Positions 10,283 through 21,270 of a stretch of DNA of 26,717 nucleotides are shown here, piece after piece. Origin of the DNA: Octopus sinensis (Eukaryota); NCBI RefSeq assembly GCF_006345805.1, contig NW_021834117.1, positions 1-26,717 on the forward strand, written 5' to 3'. Every line of letters starts with the position of its first letter. Position 1 is the stretch's first letter. A program made the translations under genes and the position numbers. The notes beneath the pieces are model-generated. The model ran no database searches. It was given only the letters and a program-made list of their open reading frames with translations, and was not told the DNA's origin.

Positions 10283-10879
10283 ACGTTTTTGTTTTTTGTT
10301 TTTTATTGTTTGTATAAATCAAATTCTTTTGGCTATTGGGGATAACGTTGGACAATTGTCGTGCTGATGACGGCTCTATATATTATGGCGTCGGTCGCTC
10401 TCCTCAGCTTCGCTTTCGTCTCTTGCTTGGGAAAGTTAAAGAAAAGATGGACGAAGAAATAAACGTTTGTGGACAGTTTGTTATATAAAACAAACAAAAA
10501 TAAAATAAAGCATAAAATCTGTTGATTTATCATGAAGAAAAGTATTATGAAACGCGTCCAATACGTGGCCAAAACTCTGGGGGGAAAAGCACGATTTAGA
10601 AAATGAAAGTTGTTTAATAGGGAATTTGTGAATAGAAAATAGCAGAGATGGAGAATGTGAGAATATAAGAATTGGGGATTGTGAGAATGGTATTCATATT
10701 AGGAAACATTATATGGGGAAAAATTGTTTTGGTAATAAATCAAGTAAGGAGTAAAACGGATCAAAGGTATGGTATCCTCTTGTCCTTTTTGGTGTTCAAA
10801 CAACAAGCCCCTTCTTTCTTTCATGGACCCACCAGGAGTGAGTTTTGTTTTTCATTTCATAGAACCTTAATTTTTCACG

Positions 10880-11408
10880 CTATCACCACCGCCACAACTA
10901 CAGCCACCACCATCAAAACCACCATCATCATCAACACCAACAATATTAAGAACAGCACCATAAATACCACCACCACCATCCACAGAACTATCACCAACAC
11001 CACTACCAACATCACCAAAACCATCGCCGCCTCCACCACCACCACCAACAACACCACCTTCAACAACACCACAACCGCCGCCATCACCACCAACACCAAA
11101 ACCATTACCACCACTAACTCCACCACCACCACCAAAACCATTGCCACCACTAACTCCACCACCAACACCAAAACCATTACCACCACTAACTCCGCCGCCA
11201 CCACCACCACCATCACCAAAACCATTACTACCACTAACTCCGCCGCCACCACCACAACCATCACCAAAACCATTGCCACCACTAACTCCGCCGCCTCCAC
11301 CACCATCATCACCAAAACCATTACCACCACTAATTCCACCACCACCACAACCAAAACCATTACCACCGCCACCGCCACAACCGCCACAGCCACCACCACC
11401 ACCACCGC
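10880..11408. repeat. (ACC)n-derived tract containing a 7-unit minisatellite ACCAAAACCATT(A/G)CCACCACTAACTCC...
   Basis: Units start at 11095, 11131, 11167, 11215, 11263, 11311 and 11350 (spacing 36, 36, 48, 48, 48, 39). Confidence 0.9.
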
Positions 11409-11669
11409 CTGTGTTTTATGTTCTTGTCATTCTTTAACCCTTTTTGCTCTCCTAATCTATTTACACTACCACCCGCTCCCCTTCTCACTCTCTCCCCCCA
11501 CACTTTATTCCTCTCATGCTCAGACATCACCCCCTCCCCCTCAAACCACCACCCTCAACTCAAACACCTCCTCTAATCCTTCTTTCCTCTCTCTGCCTTG
11601 CCGTTAATTCTTGCTTAATTTTCTTAATTACTAATTTACTTTCACTTTTTTACTGCGGCAGCTACAGTT

Positions 11670-11688
11670 GTTGACGTTGCTGTTGCAG

Positions 11689-11720
<32 letters not shown>

Positions 11721-11770
11721 GCTGTTGTTGCTGTTGTTGTTGTTGTTGATGTCGTTGTTGATGTCGTTGC

Positions 11771-11843
<73 letters not shown>

Positions 11844-11880
11844 GCTGCTGCTGCTTCTGCTGCTGTTGATGTTGTTGTTC
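11670..11880. repeat. (TTG)n/(CTG)n microsatellite
   Basis: Directly visible. Confidence 0.95.
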
Positions 11881-12129
11881 TTGACATTACACGTTGCAAT
11901 TACTTTAAAACATTTTTGCCGTCATGTTAACGTCCCCTTTTCTGCGACCCCCTTTTAAAAAAACTATTAAGGGATCAGTAGAAATACAAACAACAACAAA
12001 AAACAAACAAAAAATATATTTTTCTTAAAGAAGAACCAAACAAAACAGCCATTTTTTTTCTCTCTACTTTCATTTTCAGAATAGTTCAACTATGTGTCAC
12101 AGAGCTGTGTATATTTGTCTGACGATGGG

Positions 12130-12477
12130 TGTATACATACATATATACATATATACATACATATTTATACATCTGTACATGCGTATATACATATCTTCAT
12201 ACATATATACATACATGTATACATACATACGCACACACACATACATACATATATATACATATGCAAACACGTACATACATACATACATATATGCATGCAC
12301 ACACATATAAATACATACATATATATACCCAAGTACGTAGCATTCCTATGAATTAGTGTGCGTATATATATCTATATATCTATATCTATATATATATATA
12401 CATATATATATGTGTGTATGTATGTATATATGTGTGTGTGTGTGTATATATATAAAAACATATATGTATATATATAC

Positions 12478-12517
<40 letters not shown>

Positions 12518-12546
12518 GTATATGAATATATATGTATATGTATATA

Positions 12547-12583
<37 letters not shown>

Positions 12584-12641
12584 ATATATATATATATATT
12601 ATATATATATATATATATATCTATATATATATATATATATA
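12130..12641. repeat. (TA)n/(CATA)n microsatellite field
   Basis: Directly visible. Confidence 0.95.
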
Positions 12642-12857
12642 TAAAGTTAATACAAACAACAAAGCACAAAAAAACACAACAACGCGAGGACGTGGAACAA
12701 ATAAAGTATTATTGGACGCTCAGGAAGGAAGGAAAGAAGGAGGGTTTAACGTTTCGAGCGGACCTCTTCGTCGGAAACATAGGAGAAGGAAAGATCCAGA
12801 GAAGGGAAGACAGAGGGAAAAAAATCGCCAACGGTACACACGAGGTCACATTTTGAA
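12642..12857 (-). mobile_element. ~216-bp non-autonomous HHR-bearing repeat, copy 1
   Basis: Reverse complement aligns to 18670-18885 with about 11 differences by eye. Confidence 0.9.
12744..12778 (-). ncRNA. Minimal type I HHR fold with variant core CCGACGA-A
   Basis: Minus strand GTTT-CCGACGA-A-GAG(GTCCG)CTC-GAA-ACGT-T-AAAC. Confidence 0.7.
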
Positions 12858-12868
12858 ATAAATATATA

Positions 12869-13267
12869 TCTTTATATATAAAAGTCAAGTTGTGTCTCTG
12901 TCTCCTACAATTTAGATTCCTAACTACTCCCACATTTTGCGGTGCAGTGTAACCAAAAGCGGGTATCTTATAGTCGTGATTCATACCGAGCCCTTCTGGG
13001 TATTAGCGCGCGTCTACAATGAGTCTACGATTTAAAAAAAAATTACCATCATTTTTTCCCATTTTTAATGCATTTTTTTTGCTATTATATAAGGGAAGTA
13101 ACTCTCTAAAAATGTATTATTAAATCTCAGAACGTAAAAAGCTACAGTAACACCCATCCCCCTTTGTGGTTAGCCATATTGAGATGGCTATTATACTTTA
13201 CATCTCTAAAAATGCTTATATAGTTATTTCCCTTACAAACCCGAGCAACGCCGGGCGATACTGCTAG
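12869..13267 (+). mobile_element. Non-autonomous Helitron (399 bp)
   Basis: 5' A|TC terminus (TCTTTATATATAAAA), 3' hairpin CCCGAGC-AAC-GCCGGG at 13240-13255, then 8 nt and CTAG|T; no TSD; inserted between A and T. Confidence 0.85.
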
Positions 13268-13298
<31 letters not shown>

Positions 13299-13304
13299 TT
13301 TATG

Positions 13305-13480
13305 CTTCATCTTGTGTCAGTCATTAGAGTGCGACCATACTGGGGCATTGTCTTGAAGAATTTGAATTGCAATAAATCAAGCCCAGCACATCTTTTCTTA
13401 ATAAGCCTGGTACTTATTCTATCTTTGACTTTTGCCGTACCGCTAAGTTACGGAGACGTAAGCAAACTAACACAAGACAC
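13305..13480 (-). mobile_element. Decayed 3' half of a family-A-like SINE
   Basis: GTACTTATTCTATC...TTTTGCCGTACCGCTAAGTTACGGAGACGTAA matches the family-A body. Confidence 0.7.
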
Positions 13481-13560
13481 GCACAGATGTGTGAGTGTTT
13501 GTGCGTGTGTGTGTGTGTATGTGTGTCCATGTGATCGACATCCCCTCCACCGGCAAGTAC

Positions 13561-13680
13561 GAGGGAGGTGGGCATGAGTCGATCACACCGGTCCCCAGTA
13601 TTCAACTGGTACCTATTTTATCGACCACGAAAGGATGAACTCAGAAAGTAAAGAGCCGGAGGAAATGCTGCTAATCGGTT
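13561..13680 (-). mobile_element. Internally deleted family-B SINE fragment
   Basis: CCCCAGTATTCAACTGGTACCTATTTTATCGACCACGAAAGGATGAACTCAGAA matches the family-B reverse complement. Confidence 0.75.
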
Positions 13681-14445
13681 CGTTCAGTCCCACTGCATGG
13701 CACCTTGGGCAAGTGTACCTGCAATTTCAAAGGGGCCAGCCTTGTCACAATCTGCCTGAGAACTACGTTAAGGGTAGCTGGCAGAATCGTTAGCACACCG
13801 GGCGAAATGCTTTGCGGTATTTCGTCTGCCGCTACGTTCTGAGTTCAAATTCCGCCGAGGTCGGCTTTGCCTATCATCCTTTCGGGTTCGATTAAATAAA
13901 GTACCAGTTATGCACTTGGGTCGATGTAATCGACTTAATCCGTTTGTCTGTCCTCGTTTGTCCTCTCTGTGTTTAGCCCCTTTTGGGTAGTAAAGAAATA
14001 GGTATTTCGTCTGTCTTTACTTTCTGACTTCAAATTCCGCCGAGGTCGACTTTGCCTTTCATCCTTTCGGGGTCGATAAAATTAAGTACCAGTTACGCAC
14101 TGGGGTCGATATAATCGACTTAATCCGTTTGTCTGTCCTTGTTTGTCCTCTTTGTATTTAGCCTCTTGTGGGTAATAAAGAAATAGGTGTTTCGTCTGCC
14201 GCTACGTTCTGAGTTCAAATTCCGCCGAGGTCGACTTTGCCTTTCATGCTTTCGGGGTCGATAAATTAAGTACCGGTTACGCACTGGGGTCAATATAATC
14301 GACTTAATCCGTTTGTCTGTCCTTGTTTGTCCTCTCTGTGTTTAGCCCCTTGTGGGTAGTAAAGAAATAGGAATTAAATCCACGAGCAGGCTTGTTCCGT
14401 TGATCGGATCAACTGGGACACTCGTCTTCGCAACCGACGGAGAGT
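13676..14445 (+). mobile_element. Host SINE (CORE-like head plus family-C-type tail) split by the tandem SINE insertion; pieces at 13676-13774 and 14372-14445
   Basis: TTCAGTCCCACTGCATGGCACCTTGGGCAAGTGT...GAGAACTACGTTAAGGG, resuming at CCACGAGCAGGCTTGTTCCGTTGATCGGATCAAC as in 4600-4660. Confidence 0.75.
13775..14371 (+). mobile_element. Family-B SINE head followed by three head-to-tail 185-bp units
   Basis: Units start at 13817, 14002 and 14187 (GT(A/G)TTTCGTCTG) and each ends TAAAGAAATAG. Confidence 0.95.
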
Positions 14446-14506
14446 CAAGCCATATATACACACACACACACATGTGTATATGTGTGTGTCTACATGTGTG
14501 TGTGTC

Positions 14507-14542
<36 letters not shown>

Positions 14543-14919
14543 TGTGTGGGGGGGATGATGATGATGACTAAAACAGTTCGTTATCTCGTCTTCGACTGTT
14601 GGTCGTTGATGTCGAACGGGAAATTCTGCTTCTTGTCTCGGTCGGTCTTTGCTCAACAAAACCACGTGAGTCTGGCTCTTCTTCGGATTCTCTCCGTTCC
14701 GAACGGATTAACCTCTCCTAAAACCCCGAGAGAGTTGCCGACAAATGCTCATGGCAAAACTCACACACGCACACACAGATATACACACACCGGTATATAT
14801 ACCATGGCATACCCTGCCACTCAACCATTCGAAAGCATTAACAACAACATCAACATAATACCACGCAGCAATACCATCGCATACACCAATATAAACGTCT
14901 TGCTTTATTATAACTGTTG

Positions 14920-16195
14920 ACGATGATGAAGATGATGATGATGATGATGACAACAACGACGACGACGAAGATGATGATGATCATGATGGTTTTGGTGAGG
15001 AGAAGGAGGAGGATGTTGATGATGATGATGATGGTGATGATGGTGATGATGATGACGACGACGACGACGACGACGACGACGATGATGATGATGATGATGA
15101 TGATGGTGGTGATGGAGATGATGATGATGATGATGGTGATGTTGATGATGATGACGATGATGATGATGATGATGATGATGATGATAATGACGATGGTGAT
15201 GATGATGCTGTTGATGATGATGATGATGATGGTGATAATGATGATGATGATGATGATGATGTTTTAGTGGTGATAGCGGTGATGATGGTGATGATGATGT
15301 TGACAATGAGGAAGATGACGATGATGATGGTAATGATAATGATGATGATGATGGCGGTGAATTTTATTGATGACGGTGGTAATGTTGGTCCTGATAGCGT
15401 TGAAAGTATTTAATGGTGGGGAGGAGAGACTGGGGTTTTTGATGCTGACATATTATGTTGTTGTTTTTATTGTTGTTGTAGTCGTATGTTACTGTTATTG
15501 TGTAATGCTGTTGTGGTTGTTGTTGTTGTGATGTTGCCATGTGATGTTGGTGTCGCTAATTTCTCTCTAATTTCCAGAAACTTCTGCTCATATTTCATTT
15601 GTTAATCTAATTACAAAGTGAGTTATGGTGGACATTTTGTGAGGAGGCGGCGGCGGCGGCGGGGAGAGGGTGGAGGAAGAGGAGGTGAAGGAGGCAACAG
15701 TGGTAGGAGTGAAAGTTCTGGTGGCAGTGATGGTAATGTTTGTACGGTATTGATAGGGTCGCTGTAGCTGGTGGTGGTGGTTATGGTGGTGGTGGTGGTG
15801 GTGGTGGTGGCGGTGGCGGCGGCGGTGGTTGTGGCGGCGGCGGTGGTGGTGGCGGCGGCGTCGGTGGTAGTGGTGATGGTAGAGGTGGTGGTGGTGGCGG
15901 TGGTCGACGTCGTCGTCGTCGTTGTCGTGATGGTGATAGTAATGATAGTGGTGACAGTGGTGATGGTGGTGATGGTGGTGGTGGTTGTTGTAGTGGTGGC
16001 GATAAAACAGGTTGCTATGATGACGGTGTCGGCTGTGACGGTGATGGTTTTGTTATTGTTGGTGGTGGTGGTGGTGGTGGTATTGGTGGGTGTGGTATTG
16101 GTGGTGATGGCAGTGGTTGTGTGGTGGTGGTGAAGATGGTAGTTATGTTGACGGCGATGGCGGTGGTGGTGGTGGTGGTGGTGGTGGTGGTGGTA
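14920..16195. repeat. (GAT)n, (TGT)n and (GGT/GGC)n microsatellite fields
   Basis: Directly visible; explains the poly-M/H/G/V/T ORFs. Confidence 0.95.
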
Positions 16196-16291
16196 CGGAA
16201 CCAGAATTGTGGTGGTTAGCGGCAACCCTTATTGATACAGTCAATGGTATGTGTGTTGCGTGTCACTGTTGTAGCTAGGGTTGCATTAGAA

Positions 16292-16469
16292 TCTTCATAC
16301 ATCTGCGGCCATGCTGGGGCACCGCCTTGAAGAAATGTTAATCTTATTGCTTTTTATTTTTTTCAAAGCCTGTTGCTTTGTACTTATTCTGTCGGTCTCT
16401 TTCTGATAGGTTAAGTGAACGTGAACACACTAACACCGGTTGTCAAGCACTGATGGACGGCGACACACA

Positions 16470-16470
<1 letters not shown>
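16292..16470 (-). mobile_element. Diverged 3' half of a family-A-like SINE
   Basis: CTGCGGCCATGCTGGGGCACCGCC...GTACTTATTCTGTCGGTCTCTTT...CGGTTGTCAAGC aligns with 26105-26255. Confidence 0.75.
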
Positions 16471-16529
<59 letters not shown>

Positions 16530-16532
16530 AAT

Positions 16533-16913
16533 ATCAATTGCTGGTAGAGGCATTGCATTTTGTTATGCTACCAAGTATATTAAAATCTTACATATCTAGA
16601 CATGCTCATATATACTGAAATGACAAACTTCTGGAAAGTTTTACAGATTTTTACAGTTCCAGTGATGGCTTTGATTTGTAGCCTTCAAATCAACTTTCTC
16701 GTTTCTGGCTTTGAGAAGCCTAATTGTTCAAGGTTGGTATTTAGGCAGTGTGTTGCATATCCCAGGGTCCCAATAATTACAGGTATAAACCTGAACTTGT
16801 AATCTGGATAGAGTAACTGCAGATTTCTCAATAGTTCAGCACAGGTATTCTCTTTTTCACAGAGTAACATCCGCTGGGCAGCTGTTTCGCACAGATGGGA
16901 AATCCACCGATTT
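16533..16913 (-). mobile_element. 3' fragment of a restriction-like-endonuclease non-LTR retrotransposon (R4/Dong-like)
   Basis: Minus translation SCPADV / EKENTCAELLRNLQLLYPDYKFRFIPVIIGTLGY...LI*RLQIKAITGTVKICKTF matches the CP.D..K..EK..Y..L...IP..IG.LG...Q...I.GT..I C-terminus of RLE ORFs. Confidence 0.8.
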
Positions 16914-16915
16914 CC

Positions 16916-16924
16916 ATATGTATG

Positions 16925-16958
<34 letters not shown>

Positions 16959-17198
16959 TGTATGTATGTATGTATGTATGTATGTATGTATGTATTTATT
17001 TATGTATGTATGTATGTATTTATTTATGTATGTATGTATGTATGTATGTATGTATGTGTGTATGTATAACGGATATTCGTTTGTATATATAAGAAACGAA
17101 ATATGTGAATGTTGATGCATTGTAGTAAGTATATCGATATATACAATACATGCACGTGACATTAAATGAATATTCATATACGTATACATGTGCATGTC

Positions 17199-17294
<96 letters not shown>

Positions 17295-17345
17295 ATATAA
17301 CTATATATATATATATATATATAATATATATATATATATATCTAT

Positions 17346-17380
<35 letters not shown>

Positions 17381-17396
17381 ATATATATATATATAT

Positions 17397-17440
<44 letters not shown>

Positions 17441-18310
17441 CAATATGTATATATGTATATTATGTGTATAGTTGTGGATTTTATTTTTCTTTATCTCTCT
17501 CTCTCTTCTCTCTGTATACTCACATATACACAAACACATGTAAACATACACACGCATATAAACACACATACACACACATATATACATATATATGCATATA
17601 CATACGTACACACATCTATACACACATGCATAAACACAACACATACATACATATATATACATATATATATATATATATAGATATATATATATATATATAT
17701 ATATATGCATACACTTATACACACCCATACATGCATACACGCATATATCCACCCATATATACAAACAAAATCGATGTCTGCCTCATTGGGGTTCCATTGT
17801 GTTTAATGGGCGAATATTATGTTTACCCAAGATTTTAATTTGCTCCCTGTTAGCTGTGCGTTCAATATTGAGTCCGTAGATGTTATCCCGAGGGAACCGT
17901 TGTTATAAGGGTCTTCAACCTTTGCACATCGTCAGTGAGACAATATTGTAGGGGCCAGAACACAGCAAGCCCTTTTTCTGTTTGCATTGTGCCTAATAGC
18001 TTTCGTGTGTGTGTGTGTGTGTATTTATGTGTGAGTGTAGATATATGTACGTATGTGTGTGTGTATGTGTGTTGTGTGTGCGTGTATGTATATATGTGTG
18101 TATCTGTGCATATATATATATACGAATGGATGTGTGTGTGTTTACATATAACGGTGTTTACATATGTGTCTGTGTGTGTATGTGTGTGAGAATGTGCATA
18201 TACGTGCATGTATGTATGTATATGTGTGTATACATGTGTGTGTGTGAGTATGGATATATGTACGTGTTTGTGCATGTATGTATGTATGCATGTATATGTG
18301 TGTGTGCGCG

Positions 18311-18353
<43 letters not shown>

Positions 18354-18668
18354 GTATAGATAAATGTGTATGTATATATATAAGGGTGTTTATATATGTG
18401 TGTGTATACATGCGGATCTATATGTATGTCTATATATGTGTGCGTGGATGTCTGTGCCTGCGCGTTTGTATTTCCAATGTGTTGTTTTTACACGCGTTTG
18501 CATGTGCCCAAACATGGATGCATGTGTGCATGTGTGTGTTTGTGCATGTGTGAGTGTTTGCATGTATATGCATGTATATTCGTTCATATATATGTAAGTA
18601 CATATATATATATATTATATAAATAATACATATATGCATATCTACATACATATATATATGTATATGTG
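16916..18668. repeat. (TATG)n, (TA)n, (CA)n, (TG)n microsatellite fields with a short unique stretch at ~17765-18000
   Basis: Directly visible. Confidence 0.9.
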
Positions 18669-18669
18669 A

Positions 18670-18885
18670 TTCAAAATGTGACCGCGTGTGTACCGTTGGC
18701 GATTTTTTTCCTCTGTCTTCCCTTCTCTGGATCTTTCCTTCCCCTATGTTTCCGACGAAGAGCTCCGCTCGAAACGTTAAACCCTCCTTCTTCCCTTCTT
18801 TCCTGAGCGTCCAATAATACTACATTTGTTCCACGTCCTCGCGTTGTTGTGTTTTTTTTGTGCTTTCTTGTTTGGATTAACTTTA
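18670..18885 (+). mobile_element. ~216-bp non-autonomous HHR-bearing repeat, copy 2
   Basis: About 95% identical by eye to the reverse complement of 12642-12857; TA-rich flanks. Confidence 0.9.
18748..18782 (+). ncRNA. Minimal type I HHR fold with variant core CCGACGA-A
   Basis: GTTT-CCGACGA-A-GAGC(TCC)GCTC-GAA-ACGT-T-AAAC. Confidence 0.7.
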
Positions 18886-18937
18886 TATATGTACATACTT
18901 ACATCTATGCGTATATACATATGCATATGTGGGCACA

Positions 18938-19376
18938 GGACGTCACGGAACGTAAACAACATAAAAAACGAAAGCATGAGATACGAAATACGAATACAAG
19001 GAATATAAACTTTTGATTGCAACAACGAAAGAAACAACTGGAAAACAAGACAAGCAACATAACGAACGACCCTTCATCAGTTGTCGATAACTGTCACGTT
19101 TTTGTTACCAATTTTGGCCCTCCGAAAATTTCTAAATTTTATTTAATTTGCTTTGCGGGAGCAACCGTTTTTTTCGAAAGCGTATCTTGCCGTTGAATTG
19201 CTCGAAATACGGATTAGAAAAGCAGCCGACAACTGATGAATGGTCGTTCGTTATGTTACTTGTCTTGATTTCCATTTCTTTCTTTCGTTGTTGAAAACAA
19301 AAGTTCATATTCCTTGTATTCGTATTTCGTATCTCATGTCTTCGTTTTATTATGTTGTTTACGTTCCGTGACCTCC
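18938..19376. mobile_element. MITE-like fold-back element with ~150-bp inverted arms and a ~140-bp spacer
   Basis: 18938-19086 versus 19227-19376, e.g. GTCACGGAACGTAAACAAC / GTTGTTTACGTTCCGTGAC and TTCATCAGTTGTCG / CGACAACTGATGAA; no clear TSD. Confidence 0.8.
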
Positions 19377-19482
19377 TTATAAATGTAAGTATGTACATAT
19401 ACGTATGTATATATGCATATATATATTATTTATATTATTACGATTGAACGCCACTCATCATTTTCCAAGTAAGTTTTATCTC

Positions 19483-19564
<82 letters not shown>

Positions 19565-19784
19565 CAGCAAAATTTAGATTCAAATAAATATGTACTTAAG
19601 TTAGATGCACCAGAATTTTGTATAGTGTTATCCATATAAATTATGTATTAATGGAAAACCTCTATTAATAGCTGATGAGTGCTCAGCATTTTAAAACTGC
19701 TGTAATACTTACAACATTTAATAAAATGATGTAGCGTGAAACGATCGTACCAAATTACCGAAGTTATTCTTGTTACCTATTTGG

Positions 19785-19822
<38 letters not shown>

Positions 19823-20338
19823 GCCATTCATGAATTTATATACGCATGCATATATACTCAGCTGATGTCTATATTCCAATGAAAGAGCCATATTCATGGT
19901 TAGAAACCGGGTCTTTCCACCATTGCTGAGAAATTGGAAAATTAAAACAGGAACAATAAATACATACATATATGCATACATATGCGTATATATATATGTG
20001 TGTGTACGTGAGTGTATATATGCACATACATACATATACACATATTCACACACATGCATATCTATACATACATTCACACACACACATACACCCAAACACA
20101 CATGCATATATACATATACTCACACACACACACACAAGCGCAACTCTAATGTAAACTATACACACACGCGAGTGTTCCTCGTTAATTGTCGCCCTTGAAT
20201 TATTACTTACAAGTGTTTACAATATATTAATGTTTTCTATAAAAATACTTAGCTTCTAATTTAATATGCATAATGTATATACAACCACACCCACACACGT
20301 ATCTATCTATACACACCACTACACACACACACACATAC

Positions 20339-20394
<56 letters not shown>

Positions 20395-20978
20395 GCGTGG
20401 GTGTAGCTATGAGGGTGGCGGGGCGTAAATGTATACCGTTTATTAATGTTTATAGAAAACAGTTTTCTCTGTTAATTTAATATTTATAATATTTATGCTT
20501 GCTGGTGTTTGTGAGCATATGTGTGTTTGTGTGTATGTATATATGTATGTGCTTGTGTGTGTGTGTGTGTGTATACACAAACATTCATACATATGCATGC
20601 ATAGATCTGTATGTATGTGTGCGTGTATATATATATATATATATTATATACATATATACGTATACAAAATGGATGTTCGTGTACATGTATTGATATATGT
20701 GTGTGTGTGCGTGTGTGTGTGTGTGTGTGTGTGCGTGTCTGCATGTATGTGAGTGTGTGTATATAACATTGACAACGTACAAACTCAAGCACACAAAAGC
20801 ACGCTTTGTTATACGTAGGCGTGCATATACATACACACAGACGCAGCCACACACATACACACAAATACACACTCTCACACACACACATACACACACACAC
20901 ACACACACATATATAGATAGATCGAATTTTGTTTTACAGTCGTTTAAATCTCAGCCAGAACATTCTGGTGAAAACACA

Positions 20979-21270
20979 CGACACAAAATCATCATGTGAC
21001 GTCACACAACATCATGTGACACACAACATCACATAGAACTACACAGCATCATGTTACGTCACACAACATTATGTAACCCCGAACAACATCGTGTAACATC
21101 GCACAACATCTGGTAACACCTCACAACATCTGATGACACCTCACAACGTCATGTAACCCCGAACATCGTTTTAACATCGCACAACATCTGGTAACACCTC
21201 ACAACATCTGATGACGCCTCACAACGTCATGTAACACCAAACAACATCACATTACACGACACAACACCGC
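20979..21270. repeat. Degenerate 20-bp minisatellite (CACAACATC-based) with a 4-unit higher-order repeat
   Basis: 21071-21150 (80 bp) is repeated at 21151-21228 (78 bp). Confidence 0.9.

Noticed and set aside
10672-11607. 311-aa Thr-rich mucin-like ORF as a gene call
   Set aside because: It starts at a non-ATG codon, the core is (ACC)n-derived, and alternative frames are also open. Kept only as a low-interest finding.
14030-14125. Ribozyme (HDV-like or twister) within the hairpin-rich family-B SINE body
   Set aside because: Several small hairpins are visible (CCAGT..ACTGG, GTCGAT..ATCGAC) but I could not match any known catalytic core. An Infernal/Rfam search would be needed.
13817-14371. 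CRISPR-like or satellite array
   Set aside because: There are no unique spacers, the context is eukaryotic, and the unit is a dispersed SINE body.
19670-19700. CTGATGAG as a hammerhead core (similar hits at 10228, 10364, 19233 and 21130)
   Set aside because: None is followed by stem II-GAAA with matching stems I and III.
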